Below are positions 1-10,833 of a stretch of DNA of 64,000 nucleotides, piece after piece. A program made the translations under genes and the position numbers. Origin of the DNA: Amoebidium appalachense (Eukaryota > Protista > Ichthyosporea); assembly GCA_963693365.1 (NCBI GenBank), contig CAVNZM010000001.1:16053840-16117839 (forward strand), read 5' to 3'. The notes below the pieces were generated by a model. The model did no database searches. It was not told the origin of the DNA and saw only the letters and a program-made list of their open reading frames with translations. The stretch's first letter is position 1; every line of letters starts with the position of its first letter.

Positions 1-772
1 CCACTGTTCTAAAAATGTGAGTGAGCCGCGCACCAGCTTTGTAGAGCTGGCTGTGGGCGTCGTTCGTTCAGTTCTTGTTTTTAGAGCTAGTGTGTAGGTG
101 AAAAGAAAAAAGGGGAGGGAGCAACGTGATAAGGTAATAATTAGGCTGTTTGGGTGTTTTCTTGGTTTGGTGGCACCTTGTGTAAAGGGGCAGAAGCTGA
201 GACCTCAGTCTGATTAGTTGGTGCCTTACGGTTTGCTCTTGCTTTCTCTTTGGTTTTCGTTTTAGCGTTTGTGTGAGTGTCTGGCATCAGAGGTAAAAGG
301 GATTTGTAGAGTTAGTTGGTTGAACTAAGTTTGGTGGTGCTACTGTAAAAGCGCACAAACTAGTTGCCTTAGCTAGCTGTCCTTTTTTCTGTTGACTTCT
401 GCAATTGTCACACGAATTCTGGCAACTCAACGTTAACCAGCTCGTTCTCCTCATTTTCAAGGTTCCTTTTTTCGCTCTAGATATTAATACGACTTTTACA
501 TTTGTCTTTTCCCTTCAGTATGTTGTTTAGCTCGCTAGCGCTGAGGAGTCTTGTAGAGTGAAAAACTACGTAAATTTTGTCTGTCTCTCTGCCTATACAG
601 TCACAGTGAACTTTCTGAACTCCAAGCATTACAAATACGTGCTCTGCTTTCCTTGACATGGGCAAGTGAGCCTCTCTTCTTCCCGAGCAGAAGTCTCTTA
701 TATACGACATTGTGAGTCAATGCACGGTCTCTACTAGGTAGTCGAGCTCGGTGTAAACACACGGCCTCCCCC
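1..772 (-). pseudogene. Decayed ORF of unknown type, downstream part, interrupted by the YR element
   Basis: Frame RPCVYTELDYLVETVH*LTMSYIRDF...SRINI*SEKRNLENEENELV is protein-like with scattered single stops. Includes track ORF 477-710. Confidence 0.45.
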
Positions 773-781
773 TGTGGGGAG

Positions 782-2953
782 GTGCGGGGGGTGTCACGGT
801 GGCGCGCGTGTGTGTGGATGGACCGTTCGATGGCAACAAGGATGCCTAGGCCCAGCTTCCACAGATTCGTACCCCCCTGCGCCTCCCGCAGCTGCCCAGC
901 TGAGGCAGGGGGAGGCCACGGTCCACAGCCTTCGTTCCCGAACACAGCTGCCACGGAACCAGCTGAGTTTGGTTCTTTCCCTCGGAAGTGGTACACCGGT
1001 GAGCCCGTAGCCCCCCATGTTAGTACCCCTGGTGAGGGCGTCACGGGCGCGGCTGAGCCAGGCTTGTTTCCCCATGTGTCTAATGATTTACTTCCACTTC
1101 CCCTTTTTGTAGTCCCGCTGTTGCTTGATGGTGTTAGGTTGTCCTCTCCAAGAAGACGTGGGAGGTTCAACAAGAGATTTGCTGTGTTAAAGTTGGTTAA
1201 TAGAACCATAGCTGCAATCAACACGTTGTATAATGGGCCACCTGGCTCGGTAGAATCTCCTAGGAACGATGTTTGGCACAACATGCACGACACCTCTTCC
1301 CAGAATCACACACACTTTTCAACATTTTCCCCTCCTACCAGCACACATTTTTTTCCCACGCCTTTTCCTAAATCCACGCACTTTTCTCATGCACCCTCAC
1401 CGGCACAGACACAATCCATTCAGCGAATTTTCGTTTTTTGCGCGGATATGCGCCGCAGGATCAGCAATGTCCCCTTAGCGGCTGTGTCTGAATCTTTCCC
1501 ATATTTCAATCACTCAAAAGCTTTCACCCCCATAGTTGCTGAGCGTATTGCCCTTCCTCCTGAGGGGTTTGGGGCAACAGTTCCGCTCCTAGAGGTCCTT
1601 CCACCTGACCTCAAGGAGATGATGGAGAAGCCAAACGTGTTGGTGGTGGCGTCAAATCGCACGGGTGACGCGGTCGGACAGCCGAACGGTCACGGAGTTT
1701 GCGGGCTTGGGGGCGTGTTGGCAACTGAGAGCACCACTGAGGGTGCTGAAGGAGCCCACCCTTTGCCCGGGCGTCCTGTCCATGCATTTGCGTCGCCTGC
1801 GGAGTGGCCTATATTGGCTAAGCGTATGTATGTTTGTGGTATGGTTGCTTTTTCAGAAATTTCGGAGCCCCCAAAGATTATCAATGGTTTATTTGCGGTG
1901 GAGAAAGATGAGAAGGAAGACCGTCTTATCATGGATGCTCGCCCCATGAATGCAGTCATGATAGACCCGCCCAATCCGAATTTTCCCAGTCCGGCAGATT
2001 TGTGTAGTATCATTGTTCCGAAGGACGCAGCGGTGGTGGTGGCCAAGTACGATTTTTCGAATTTCTACCACCGTTTTCGGGTGCCAGACTGGCTGTCTTG
2101 GTACCAAGGGCTTCCGCCGGTTTCGTCTTCAGCAGTGGGACTGCCGGGTGTCGATAGGTTGGTGTATCCGCGGGTGTTGTCTATGCCGATGGGCTGGAAA
2201 TGGGCACCGTTTGTCGCCCAACGTTCTCACCAGCACATCACGCACCCGCCTTTACGTATCGAACGATGCATCCAATCGAATTCTTCACCGGCACATTCCA
2301 TTACCGACCAATCGGATACGGCACATTTGATCTACGTGGATGATTGGGTGGGGGTTGGGTTGGAGGAATCTACTGTAAATTCCGAGATGACGGCAGCCGG
2401 GCGCGCTGGAGAGACACACGGATTCGAAATAAAACCGTCCAAAACGGTCACGGCGTCACGAGACCACCCGGAGACCGTAGCACTTGGGTTGGCTATAGGA
2501 CGGGACGGTGTTATTCGACCGGATGCATCACGGTTGGCGCGGCTACTAGCCGACACAAAGGCGGTTCTGTTCATGCGGGAGGTGGCTCCACGGGCGTTAT
2601 CTCGTTTGCTTGGGGGCTGGGCGTGGTTGTTGCTTTTGAATAGAGCTTTATTTTCTGTGTTAGAGGCGAGTTATCAGTTTGCGTTGTCAGCCGGCCAATG
2701 TCCACTAACGGCATGCCCAATCCCCTCTGCAGTCAAGGGGGAGTTGGCCCTGTTGGTGGATTTGGCACCTCTCATTGTGTGTGATTTGACGGCTGCTCCC
2801 GCCTCTCTTCTGTTGGCATCAGATGCGTCCACCAAGGGAGCAGGTGTTTCTATTGCGTCCGTTACGGCTGAGCAATCGTTGACGGCATTAGCCTACACAG
2901 TCGGTGTCCAGACCCGGTTATTCCTTCTTGGGGCCTGTGGACGACACCGGTGA
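782..2953 (+). CDS. Reverse transcriptase plus start of RNase H of the YR retroelement (first ATG at 818)
   Basis: Motifs GLFAVEK..DRLIMDAR, DFSNFYHRF, MPMGWKWAP, catalytic YVDD (2333-2344), and RNase H first Asp in LLLASDASTKGAG. Confidence 0.9.
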   Translation: MRGVSRWRACVWMDRSMATRMPRPSFHRFVPPCASRSCPAEAGGGHGPQPSFPNTAATEPAEFGSFPRKWYTGEPVAPHVSTPGEGVTGAAEPGLFPHVSNDLLPLPLFVVPLLLDGVRLSSPRRRGRFNKRFAVLKLVNRTIAAINTLYNGPPGSVESPRNDVWHNMHDTSSQNHTHFSTFSPPTSTHFFPTPFPKSTHFSHAPSPAQTQSIQRIFVFCADMRRRISNVPLAAVSESFPYFNHSKAFTPIVAERIALPPEGFGATVPLLEVLPPDLKEMMEKPNVLVVASNRTGDAVGQPNGHGVCGLGGVLATESTTEGAEGAHPLPGRPVHAFASPAEWPILAKRMYVCGMVAFSEISEPPKIINGLFAVEKDEKEDRLIMDARPMNAVMIDPPNPNFPSPADLCSIIVPKDAAVVVAKYDFSNFYHRFRVPDWLSWYQGLPPVSSSAVGLPGVDRLVYPRVLSMPMGWKWAPFVAQRSHQHITHPPLRIERCIQSNSSPAHSITDQSDTAHLIYVDDWVGVGLEESTVNSEMTAAGRAGETHGFEIKPSKTVTASRDHPETVALGLAIGRDGVIRPDASRLARLLADTKAVLFMREVAPRALSRLLGGWAWLLLLNRALFSVLEASYQFALSAGQCPLTACPIPSAVKGELALLVDLAPLIVCDLTAAPASLLLASDASTKGAGVSIASVTAEQSLTALAYTVGVQTRLFLLGACGRHR

Positions 2954-4316
2954 GCTCGTGATTAACGCCCTTTCAGCCGATGAATGTAACGACAGCACGA
3001 ACCACCCCACGACCGACGACTCTTTTCTGAAAGTAGTTGACGGTCTGCAGTGGCACCATCCGATATCTACTCCGTGGCGGCACGAAGATCACATCACCAT
3101 CCTCGAGGGGCACGCGCTGCTATTATCACTACGACGTTTCACGCGAGCACCACAAAATCACAGCACCAGAGTAGCTCATCTCATCGACAACACATCTTTA
3201 TTGTTTGCGGTGGCCAAGGGTAGATCGAGTTCACGACGGCTAAACCATCTGTGCCGGCGGGTGGCAGCACTTGTGTGTGCAGCCGCACTTCGACCGGCGT
3301 GGGTGTGGGTCCCTTCTGCCCACAATCCAGCAGACATGCCGTCACGTGACGTCGTCCCCTCTGCAAAAATCACGCATATGCTCAATCTCAATGTCACGGC
3401 TCCCACAGTGGCGAAATACGACAACGCCTTGAACAAATTCGTAGCGTGGTGTGTGGAAGATGGGGTGAGCACCTTCCAGTCGGTAGAGCAGGTGGATAAC
3501 ATGCTTGCGAGCTATGCAGCTGACATGTACGAAGAGTTGGGAGAGACCCGCAGCGGGCTCGCCCACTGCAAGACGGTGCTGTCAGCCATCCACCATTTCT
3601 ATCCCCAGTGCAAGGACTCCTTGGTCCTGTCGGCCAGGGTCCTAAGGGGGTGGGACCATGCTAACCCGACCAATCACCACAGACCACTCCCCTACGACTA
3701 CATGATTTTGGCAGTGTCGGCTCTGTGGGAATACAAGATGCCGCACGTAGCACTCTATCTGTGTATGTCATTCGCAACCTACACCCGGCCGGGGGAGCTC
3801 TCGCGGCGCACGGTGGCAGACTTCATTCCTCCGAATGATCCACGGTTGATTGAAATCAATGCTCCAGCGGGCAGTGCAGTGTTGCTTCTTCCACGGTCCA
3901 AAACGGGCAATCATCAGATGGTGGTGATCCGTGATCCAGTGTGCTTGCATTTGCTGCAGAAGCTCATGGCAGTGGGTGCATTTCCCCATGGCTCCCGCCC
4001 ATCCGACCCTCTGTTTCATCCTGGGTACACACCATCGCTGGTAGCAACTCGTATGCAACAGAGTCTGACGGCTGTGGGCCTGGATAGCGACTTCTCATTG
4101 TACAGCACACGGCACGGGGCAGCCTCCACAGCAGCACTCAGAGGGGAGGACTATGAGCAAATTCGTATCAATGGTCGGTGGCGTAATTTCACGACGCCTT
4201 TCAACCACTACATTGACACGAACAAGGCCATGCTCCTGGCAATTTCAATGCCCGCTCATCTGTCAGCCCAGGCAAAATCCTTGGCCCGTAGGCCACACAT
4301 GATTACGCACGATTAG
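2904..4316 (+). CDS. Remainder of RNase H fused in frame to a tyrosine recombinase; +1 frame relative to the RT ORF
   Basis: RNase H: HITILE, HLIDN, KGRSSS, WVPSAHNPADMPSR. YR: TRPGE (Arg), RSKT (Lys), YSTRHG (H/YxxR), GRW, HYID (Tyr). Confidence 0.9.
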   Translation: MSRPGYSFLGPVDDTGELVINALSADECNDSTNHPTTDDSFLKVVDGLQWHHPISTPWRHEDHITILEGHALLLSLRRFTRAPQNHSTRVAHLIDNTSLLFAVAKGRSSSRRLNHLCRRVAALVCAAALRPAWVWVPSAHNPADMPSRDVVPSAKITHMLNLNVTAPTVAKYDNALNKFVAWCVEDGVSTFQSVEQVDNMLASYAADMYEELGETRSGLAHCKTVLSAIHHFYPQCKDSLVLSARVLRGWDHANPTNHHRPLPYDYMILAVSALWEYKMPHVALYLCMSFATYTRPGELSRRTVADFIPPNDPRLIEINAPAGSAVLLLPRSKTGNHQMVVIRDPVCLHLLQKLMAVGAFPHGSRPSDPLFHPGYTPSLVATRMQQSLTAVGLDSDFSLYSTRHGAASTAALRGEDYEQIRINGRWRNFTTPFNHYIDTNKAMLLAISMPAHLSAQAKSLARRPHMITHD

Positions 4317-4733
4317 CAGCTACAGGCTTCTACTACACACACCCAACACACATTATTTAAAAGACACAATCACAAAATAAAAACAAGTAGGGTAGGTTTG
4401 GATAGATGAAGGGGTTCTTTCGGCCATTGTGTGCTGGAAGTGCTGTTCCTTCAATAGCCTATCATACACACACAAACACACACACATACACACACACACA
4501 CGTGTGCACACACACACAGTGTTCTGGGGTTTAGGGGGTTTATCCGGGGGTTTTGGGGGTTTTCTGATCAGATACTGATATTATTTATTAGGGCTAAAAT
4601 CAATAATAAAATTCCTCACTGACTTGCATTTCTGCTTCTCTTTGTCTCGGTCACCTCGGGGAGCCACGACGGGAGTGAGGGGAAGTCTTGCCTCCGGCAA
4701 TTATAGGTAGTCTAATTCAATTGGCGCGGCGCA

Positions 4734-5059
4734 TCGACGAAAAGTCTGACGTCACATTCCTTTCCAGAACTTATGCGATGTGATTGGTGCGGGGGCTCGA
4801 CGAAAAGTCCCCTGGCTCACGGCTAGCATAGACTAATGCTGCCATGACTTGAATTGCATTTGCGGTAATCCCGGCCGGCACTAGGGGTTTTCACTTCGAT
4901 CTCTTAGCTATCACGTCAACTTTTTTTCCCGATTCTTCACCATGGCAGGTATATAAAGGCTTTCGTTTCTTCTTTTTGTGGGGACTTCACTTTCACTTCG
5001 ATCTCTTAGCTATCACGTCAACTTTTTTTCCCGATTCTTCACCATGGCAGGTATATAAA
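4734..5059 (+). promoter_or_regulatory. Putative Pol II promoter cluster at the 3' end of the element
   Basis: TGACGTCA (4747-4754), inverted CCAAT (4782-4787), tcgacgaaaagtc twice (4734, 4797), TATATAAA at 4950 and 5052. Motif evidence only. Confidence 0.45.
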
Positions 5060-5083
5060 GGCTTTCGTTTCTTCTTTTTGTGG
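4889..5083 (+). repeat. 93-bp direct repeat pair (4889-4981, 4991-5083) at the element's right end
   Basis: Identical copies tttcacttcgatctcttagc...ttctttttgtgg separated by 9 bp (ggacttcac). Confidence 0.95.
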
Positions 5084-5750
5084 TGGGAGGGAGTCCCACT
5101 CAGGGGAACGTGACTGCAGCTTGTGTGTGATGTGGCCTGGTGTATTCCTACTGCTGTGAGAGTGTGGGGGCATCTCCCTTTCGCGGAGTTTCTCGCTTGA
5201 GAAGTGGTTTCTTCAACGCCTGGTGGTCCACTGCAACCTATGGTAACTTCTACACGCTGTCTACGCTTCTGCGCGACCTATTGGCGGTGGGCTGCTGCAA
5301 CTTCTTCAGCTACTTCTGCGCTGCGTGAGTGGAGGGGCGGCTACTTGGTCGTCGGGGAACTTTCCAAGTGACTGCCAGTCCTTAGCCTCCAGTCGTATGG
5401 CAATGACCGGGTTTGCTTGCATGCATTCTGTAATTGTGTTTTTCTGCGTGTCCTGCCACAACTAGGCCACCTTATCAGAGAGCTAGATGCAGTTTCTCCG
5501 GGTTATCTAGAGGCCGGGCCCGTTGGGATTGTTTTTTAGCTCAGATTTGGTCTGCATTGCTCTTTTAGAGGCTGACTTGCTTGCTGTGCCTCGATAGGTT
5601 TTGAGGGGGGCCTGTTGGGAAGGAGCAGTAATGATGTCTTCTTGCAGAGTGTGGTCTGGTCAACATCGATGCATATGACTAGTTGGAGTAAACTAGTTTC
5701 ACGCATACACGTACACTTACGGTTTTGCCCGCTGGTGTCCTTTGTCACTT
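5084..5750 (-). pseudogene. Decayed ORF of unknown type, upstream part; far boundary approximate
   Basis: SAEVAEEVAAAHRQ*VAQKRRQRVEV...VPLSGTPSH continues in frame into the 1-772 segment once the element is removed. Confidence 0.4.
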
Positions 5751-7224
5751 GTCGCTTTATTTTTATTTCGTAGCTTTGGCTTTTTCAGTTCTATTGGTGA
5801 TTATGTAGCCTGTGGCTGCACGTTGCCTTCATCAACGGATCAATAAACCCGAGTCAAAAGAAGAAAAGGTTTACACACTTTTGTTGACACTTGAGGTTTA
5901 TGGAGAACGTGATATTTGATTATTTGACAATGCCAAGAACAATTACCATTGGACGCCATCAGGAATCCAATAGGAAAACGGTGCGAAAGCAGCCAATCAT
6001 TCCGTTCCTTCCGTCGTTCTACAGCTTTCACTTCTAGACCGGTAGCATGCTAGGGTGGTTCTGTGAAAAAACTAAGTACATATTGACCCTCCAGAAACAA
6101 CACGGGCAGCTACATTTCAATATTTTTACAGGGGTTGTCTACAGGTCAGAACGATAGAAACCGCTTTTGTGTACACACGAGTAGAGGAGTGACGGACCTT
6201 GCATCGTTTCTGAAAAGACATTCCTATTGGCCACGAAAGAACCACTAATTCAAGATCGAAGGATATAATTGGCAAATATAGTACCCCCCAGATCGCAGGT
6301 GTGGACAAAACATGCCATACGGTTGTGTGCACTCTGAAGCCATAATTATATTTTTGTCATGTTTTTTTTATATAGCATACTGTAGTTGAGTGGGGAAAAA
6401 TAGTTATAAACCCTTAAAGCCATGTTGTGCAATAATAGCTGGTTGCTTAGCATTTCTCTACACGCAAACGTTTGGCAGTAAACTTGCAGGACTTGAATGT
6501 ATGTAATGTATCAGGAATGAAGACCGATCTATTGACCAGAGGAACGATTGGTCGAAACGCCTCTATGCTTCAACAATCTACGTTGATCGTTACGTACATG
6601 TGATAGATTCAGATAAGCATTATCAATCAATATATGTATTCATCAAAACAAAGAGGTCTATTTGTATTGATTTAACTTCTAAACTTTAGATAACTAGCTA
6701 AATATCATAGTGACTGGCATAAATCAGTTCATTTTGTTTGTTTTCGGCGGGATGGTATGGAGAATCGCATTCCAACTTCACCCTGGTTTGCGTGGGCGAC
6801 AAATTTGATTGGACAAGTAATTAGCACCCACAGCGAAGCAAAACAACTCAGTGATCAAGACGGGCAAACGGTCTCCCCTTGTGAACATAACACACCGTTC
6901 AGTCTACATTGCCATCATAACAAAACAAACACACACACACGCATGCACACACAAACAGACACACAAACATGCACACATGATTGCGTAGTCAAAAGTCTCA
7001 CAGACTCGCTTTTAGAGTTACAGCTTTTACATTCTCACGTGTATAGACTGAGGGTTTTGGGCAGGGCAAGAATGGAGTTATAACTTGCCGCAGATGAAAC
7101 CACCTCCTTGCTCCCAAAAACCGAAAACACCTACGCAAGCGCATTTTATCAAATAAGACTAGTTCATGTCACACATCGGATGCAGGAAGACGACGTTTAG
7201 TGCCTCGCAGAAATTTCAAAGAAA

Positions 7225-8244
7225 ATGGACAATCGCAGAGACTATTTTGGGGGGAGGGGTGATAGCTACGATCTCGATGGAGTACATGACAGTTATGAGG
7301 TAGAAATGTTGTTGCAGCTTCTCAACCCGCAAGGCGAAAGAGGCATGGTTGAAAACGATTATTCGCGCACACAGTCACGCGGTATGTACGGCGCGAACGC
7401 GAACCCATATACAGCGCAGAGATCTTTGCAGCAGCAACCCATGCAGGCCCCCTCTTTTGACATGGATTCTTTTAGCCATTTCGATGATGACTTTGGCCAG
7501 CACACTCAGATGCAAAACAGCATGCATATGCCTACAGACAGCAGTGTGCAACACTGCCTCTCGCGTGCAAAGAGTGAACCTAAACCCTACGCAAAGCAAG
7601 AAACGCACCAACAATCTTGGAGGAATGATCGATCATCTAGGCCCATGGGGTCTGCCAGTAGTAGCGCCATGAGTGACGGAGGTATGGGGCTGGACAGTCA
7701 GAGCGAGAGCAAAAGCAGAGCAAACATGCAGCCGTCAGCAGAGAACGTTGGGGAGGCCGACCTGAGCACTGCGCGCCTGCTTGGGCCTGCATACAAGGTC
7801 AGTGGAAACAGCGGTAGGCGAGTGCGTCTGTGGAAGTGTGGCTATCCCGACTGCACCGTGCCAGTGGTCACAAAGAGAAACAATGTTGAGAGGCATGTGT
7901 GGACCCAACACATTCGTCGCAGCATGGGTAATAGGCGTGAGCGCTACTGGGCACGTCTGCACCGAGACTATGTGGAGCCTTACATCATGGCTGTGTGGCA
8001 CGCAGAGGTACAGACACCCGCCCCCGGGCCGGACGGTCACCGGGCCGGGTCGCCCCACCAACACGGGCCGGACGACAAGAGCTGCAGCCCGGCCCGTGGG
8101 CCGTCGCCTCTGCTTGAGAGCAGCAGCCAGGGCAGTCTGGGTAGTCTTCACGGGCCGGTTCTGCACAGCCCGCCCCAAGTGTTCTACCCGCAGGGATCTT
8201 ACCATCACTCCCTGCACACAAACCTCTACCCGGTGCCCCTTTAA
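7225..8244 (+). CDS. Intronless 339-aa protein with one C2H2-type zinc finger, probable transcription factor
   Basis: Non-repetitive ORF with WKCGYPDCTVPVVTKRNNVERHVWTQH (C-x4-C-x13-H-x4-H) and S/Q/P-rich flanks. Confidence 0.75.
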   Translation: MDNRRDYFGGRGDSYDLDGVHDSYEVEMLLQLLNPQGERGMVENDYSRTQSRGMYGANANPYTAQRSLQQQPMQAPSFDMDSFSHFDDDFGQHTQMQNSMHMPTDSSVQHCLSRAKSEPKPYAKQETHQQSWRNDRSSRPMGSASSSAMSDGGMGLDSQSESKSRANMQPSAENVGEADLSTARLLGPAYKVSGNSGRRVRLWKCGYPDCTVPVVTKRNNVERHVWTQHIRRSMGNRRERYWARLHRDYVEPYIMAVWHAEVQTPAPGPDGHRAGSPHQHGPDDKSCSPARGPSPLLESSSQGSLGSLHGPVLHSPPQVFYPQGSYHHSLHTNLYPVPL

Positions 8245-9140
8245 GCCCACTGGTGTTAAGGAAACATGTGTATGTATCCCAGCCATATTAGAGTTGTGTG
8301 ACCATGGCACAAAAAATGATTTCTTCTGATAATGGAAAGCGGCTGGACTCTGAGCTAATAGAAAGTGTGAGTGCGGGTTTCATGAGGTATGCGAATGACT
8401 GCCTGGGGCACATCCCGGTGGTAGCAAATTTAGTTTTGTTATAAAGTCGCCATGTTAAAAATGCTGAAATTTCACGTACCGGTATTGAAGTATTGGGCCG
8501 GGCGGGGCGGCAGTATGCCCCTGCCCCGCACCCTCCCCCCAAGGACTCTGTGAGGTCTCTAACCAACACCGTTGGGTGTCAAAAAAAAATTTTTTTTATA
8601 ATGGATTTTATTTCGATCAGGGCATCAGACAGGGCTAAGAATGGATATTTAGTACAGTTGCCATAGACACAACGAGATAGTCGCTGAGATAACTTCACCG
8701 GATACAATGAGATGTACCAAAAACGAGAATTCTACAGTAAGACTGATAAAAGCTGCACGTATGAGCTCAGCTACGGGCGTCAACAATTGCTAAGTTATTA
8801 GCCATGCAAGAGTAAACTGTCATAAATTCATACATGGCCACAGAACACGTATCATGAACAGCCGCTTACCTCCCCATACCTCCGCCCCACCCCCCACCCC
8901 TCCGCCCCCCTTCCCAAAAAACTTCTTCTCCTCCTCTTCCTTCGGCCCACATCAATAATAGCTATTGATGCTTATCAATACTCGAGATGACAAAGGTTTC
9001 GGTTAGTTGAACTAATTATTTAGTCGGGATATTTGGTTATTTTTTGATGACTTCTTTATGCCCAAGAGTTGAATTCCAACTGTTGCCATCTCTTACTAAA
9101 GCATTGATGGTAACCATTGTGCTGTGAATACGTACAGTCC

Positions 9141-9182
<42 letters not shown>

Positions 9183-9322
9183 CTCCCCTTCCGACTTCCT
9201 TGGTGGGGGGACCACCGTGTATGTCGCGGCCAACAACCTTCGGTCAACCTAGGCATGTAAATGTTGGATGGATCATATTTTCCACCGATCCCTTTTCTTG
9301 TCAAGTTTCTCGCTCTCCTCTC

Positions 9323-9388
<66 letters not shown>

Positions 9389-9482
9389 GTTTGGGGTGGG
9401 GCCCGGGTGGGGGAGGGGGGGGGGGGGAAAGAGGGACCCTCCGGGGGGAGGAGGGGGAGGGCTGGGGGAGAGGGGGGGGGAT

Positions 9483-9962
9483 GATGTGTTATAGAGTACG
9501 AAGTACGCATATATTAAAGCATGCATATTAAGCAGAGCACATCCTCAGGGGGGCCACCAAGTCATCTACAGTATCCGAGTTTCGACCCATTCACCCCAAC
9601 AAAATCCAACTCGGATATTGTTTCACTTGAACATGAGTGGGTCACCCGTATTGATCAGAGATTAGCAGGGTTGCTTATGCGAGCAAGCAACAGGCAATGG
9701 CAGCGGAAAAGGCCGGGGGTTAAAATTGCAGCAGTAAGCTTAAGCAAAAAGCAAGAAGATTATAGATAAAGACTTAGAATATCTGGGAGGCGGGGCTTCT
9801 GGGATGCTCGACCGTTACTCCCTATGCCGATAGTTCGCTTGCCAACATGCCACTTTAGCTGAGAAAGGAATTAAGCTCCAAAGGCCGCAAAGTCCGCGAT
9901 GATATTTAACCCATGCCGGAGGGTATTAACACGCTTAGTAGGGTGGAACTTTAACGTCTTCG
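9483..9962 (-). repeat. Long copy of the poly-C-associated dispersed repeat
   Basis: Reverse complement aligns by eye with 43164-43672 (shared cgaagacg.taaagttcc, ttaacccccggcctt, ctctgatcaa.acgggtgacc.actcatgttcaagtgaaaca, ccctgaggatg). Confidence 0.85.
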
Positions 9963-9973
9963 TGTGTGTTTGT

Positions 9974-10004
<31 letters not shown>

Positions 10005-10247
10005 GGGGGGGGGGGGTCCCTGGGGCGGAAGAGGGGGAGGGGGGGGGGGGGGGGGGGGGGTTGCTTTCGAGTTAAACTTCTAAGTTGTATCTTGGCAGGA
10101 AAATACTCGATATTCTATTTATAGCTTTTGGACTGTTTGCATCGGCTCATCATATTTACAGGCAGTTACCCTCAGGGCAACGGCTCGGTTTTTCTTTCGA
10201 TTGGGTCTCAGAATATGCCAGAACGGTAGAATGCACGTGCATCCCGG

Positions 10248-10280
<33 letters not shown>

Positions 10281-10833
10281 AGACTCTGTTTGTGTGAACA
10301 CATGTGCACAGCGCGTGCGTGTGTTCCTACCGGGTGTGCGGGGATGCACGTAGATAAGAATGTCTACATAGGCATGCCTGCATACATACTGTATGCTGAG
10401 AGTGATACACGCAGTGCACGACCTAGAATGTGTGCACATCATAGATACTGCACACACACGTTTAACGGTTGCTTGAAGATTCGTTTCAACGGTAACAATT
10501 AACGAGACAGAACCATATAACGGCTGGCACTATTGGAACCAGGAAAGAAAAAAAAACAAACATAAAATACAGAAAAATTTGACAGCGCCCTAAGGAAAAG
10601 GTGGCATGACAAACATCATAATCACTATGCAGATTTCTTGCAAAGAACTTTTCTTGGGATGAAGCGCATTTGTTAACTGTGTCACATCGTGTGTGTCACA
10701 TAATATACCCCCCCCCCCCCCCCCCCCCCCCCACCCCCCGCCAAATCTGAGATAAACGCTGCAGCCACACCATACAAAGCACGTGAGTGAGTCACATGAC
10801 TTCGTCCAACCCCGATTGGCTGTAACATTTAGC

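Larger units (their letters stand above)
773..5083 (+). mobile_element. Tyrosine-recombinase retrotransposon (DIRS order, PAT/Ngaro-like direct-repeat type), ~4.3 kb
   Basis: RT, RNase H and YR motifs in ORFs 782-2953 and 2904-4316. 93-bp direct repeat at the right end. TGTGG at both junctions (773-777, 5079-5083). The flanks rejoin into one minus-strand reading frame. Confidence 0.9.

Noticed and set aside
601-1293. 230-aa minus-strand ORF as a gag candidate
   Set aside because: Antisense to RT, crosses the insertion junction, and has no gag motifs.
4526-4562. Telomere-like ggggtttaggggg
   Set aside because: One TTTAGGG among irregular G/T runs; at most a G-quadruplex-prone patch in the element's 3' region.
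4320-4888. DIRS1-type inverted terminal repeats and internal complementary region
   Set aside because: No sequence complementary to either terminus found by eye; the terminal repeats are direct.
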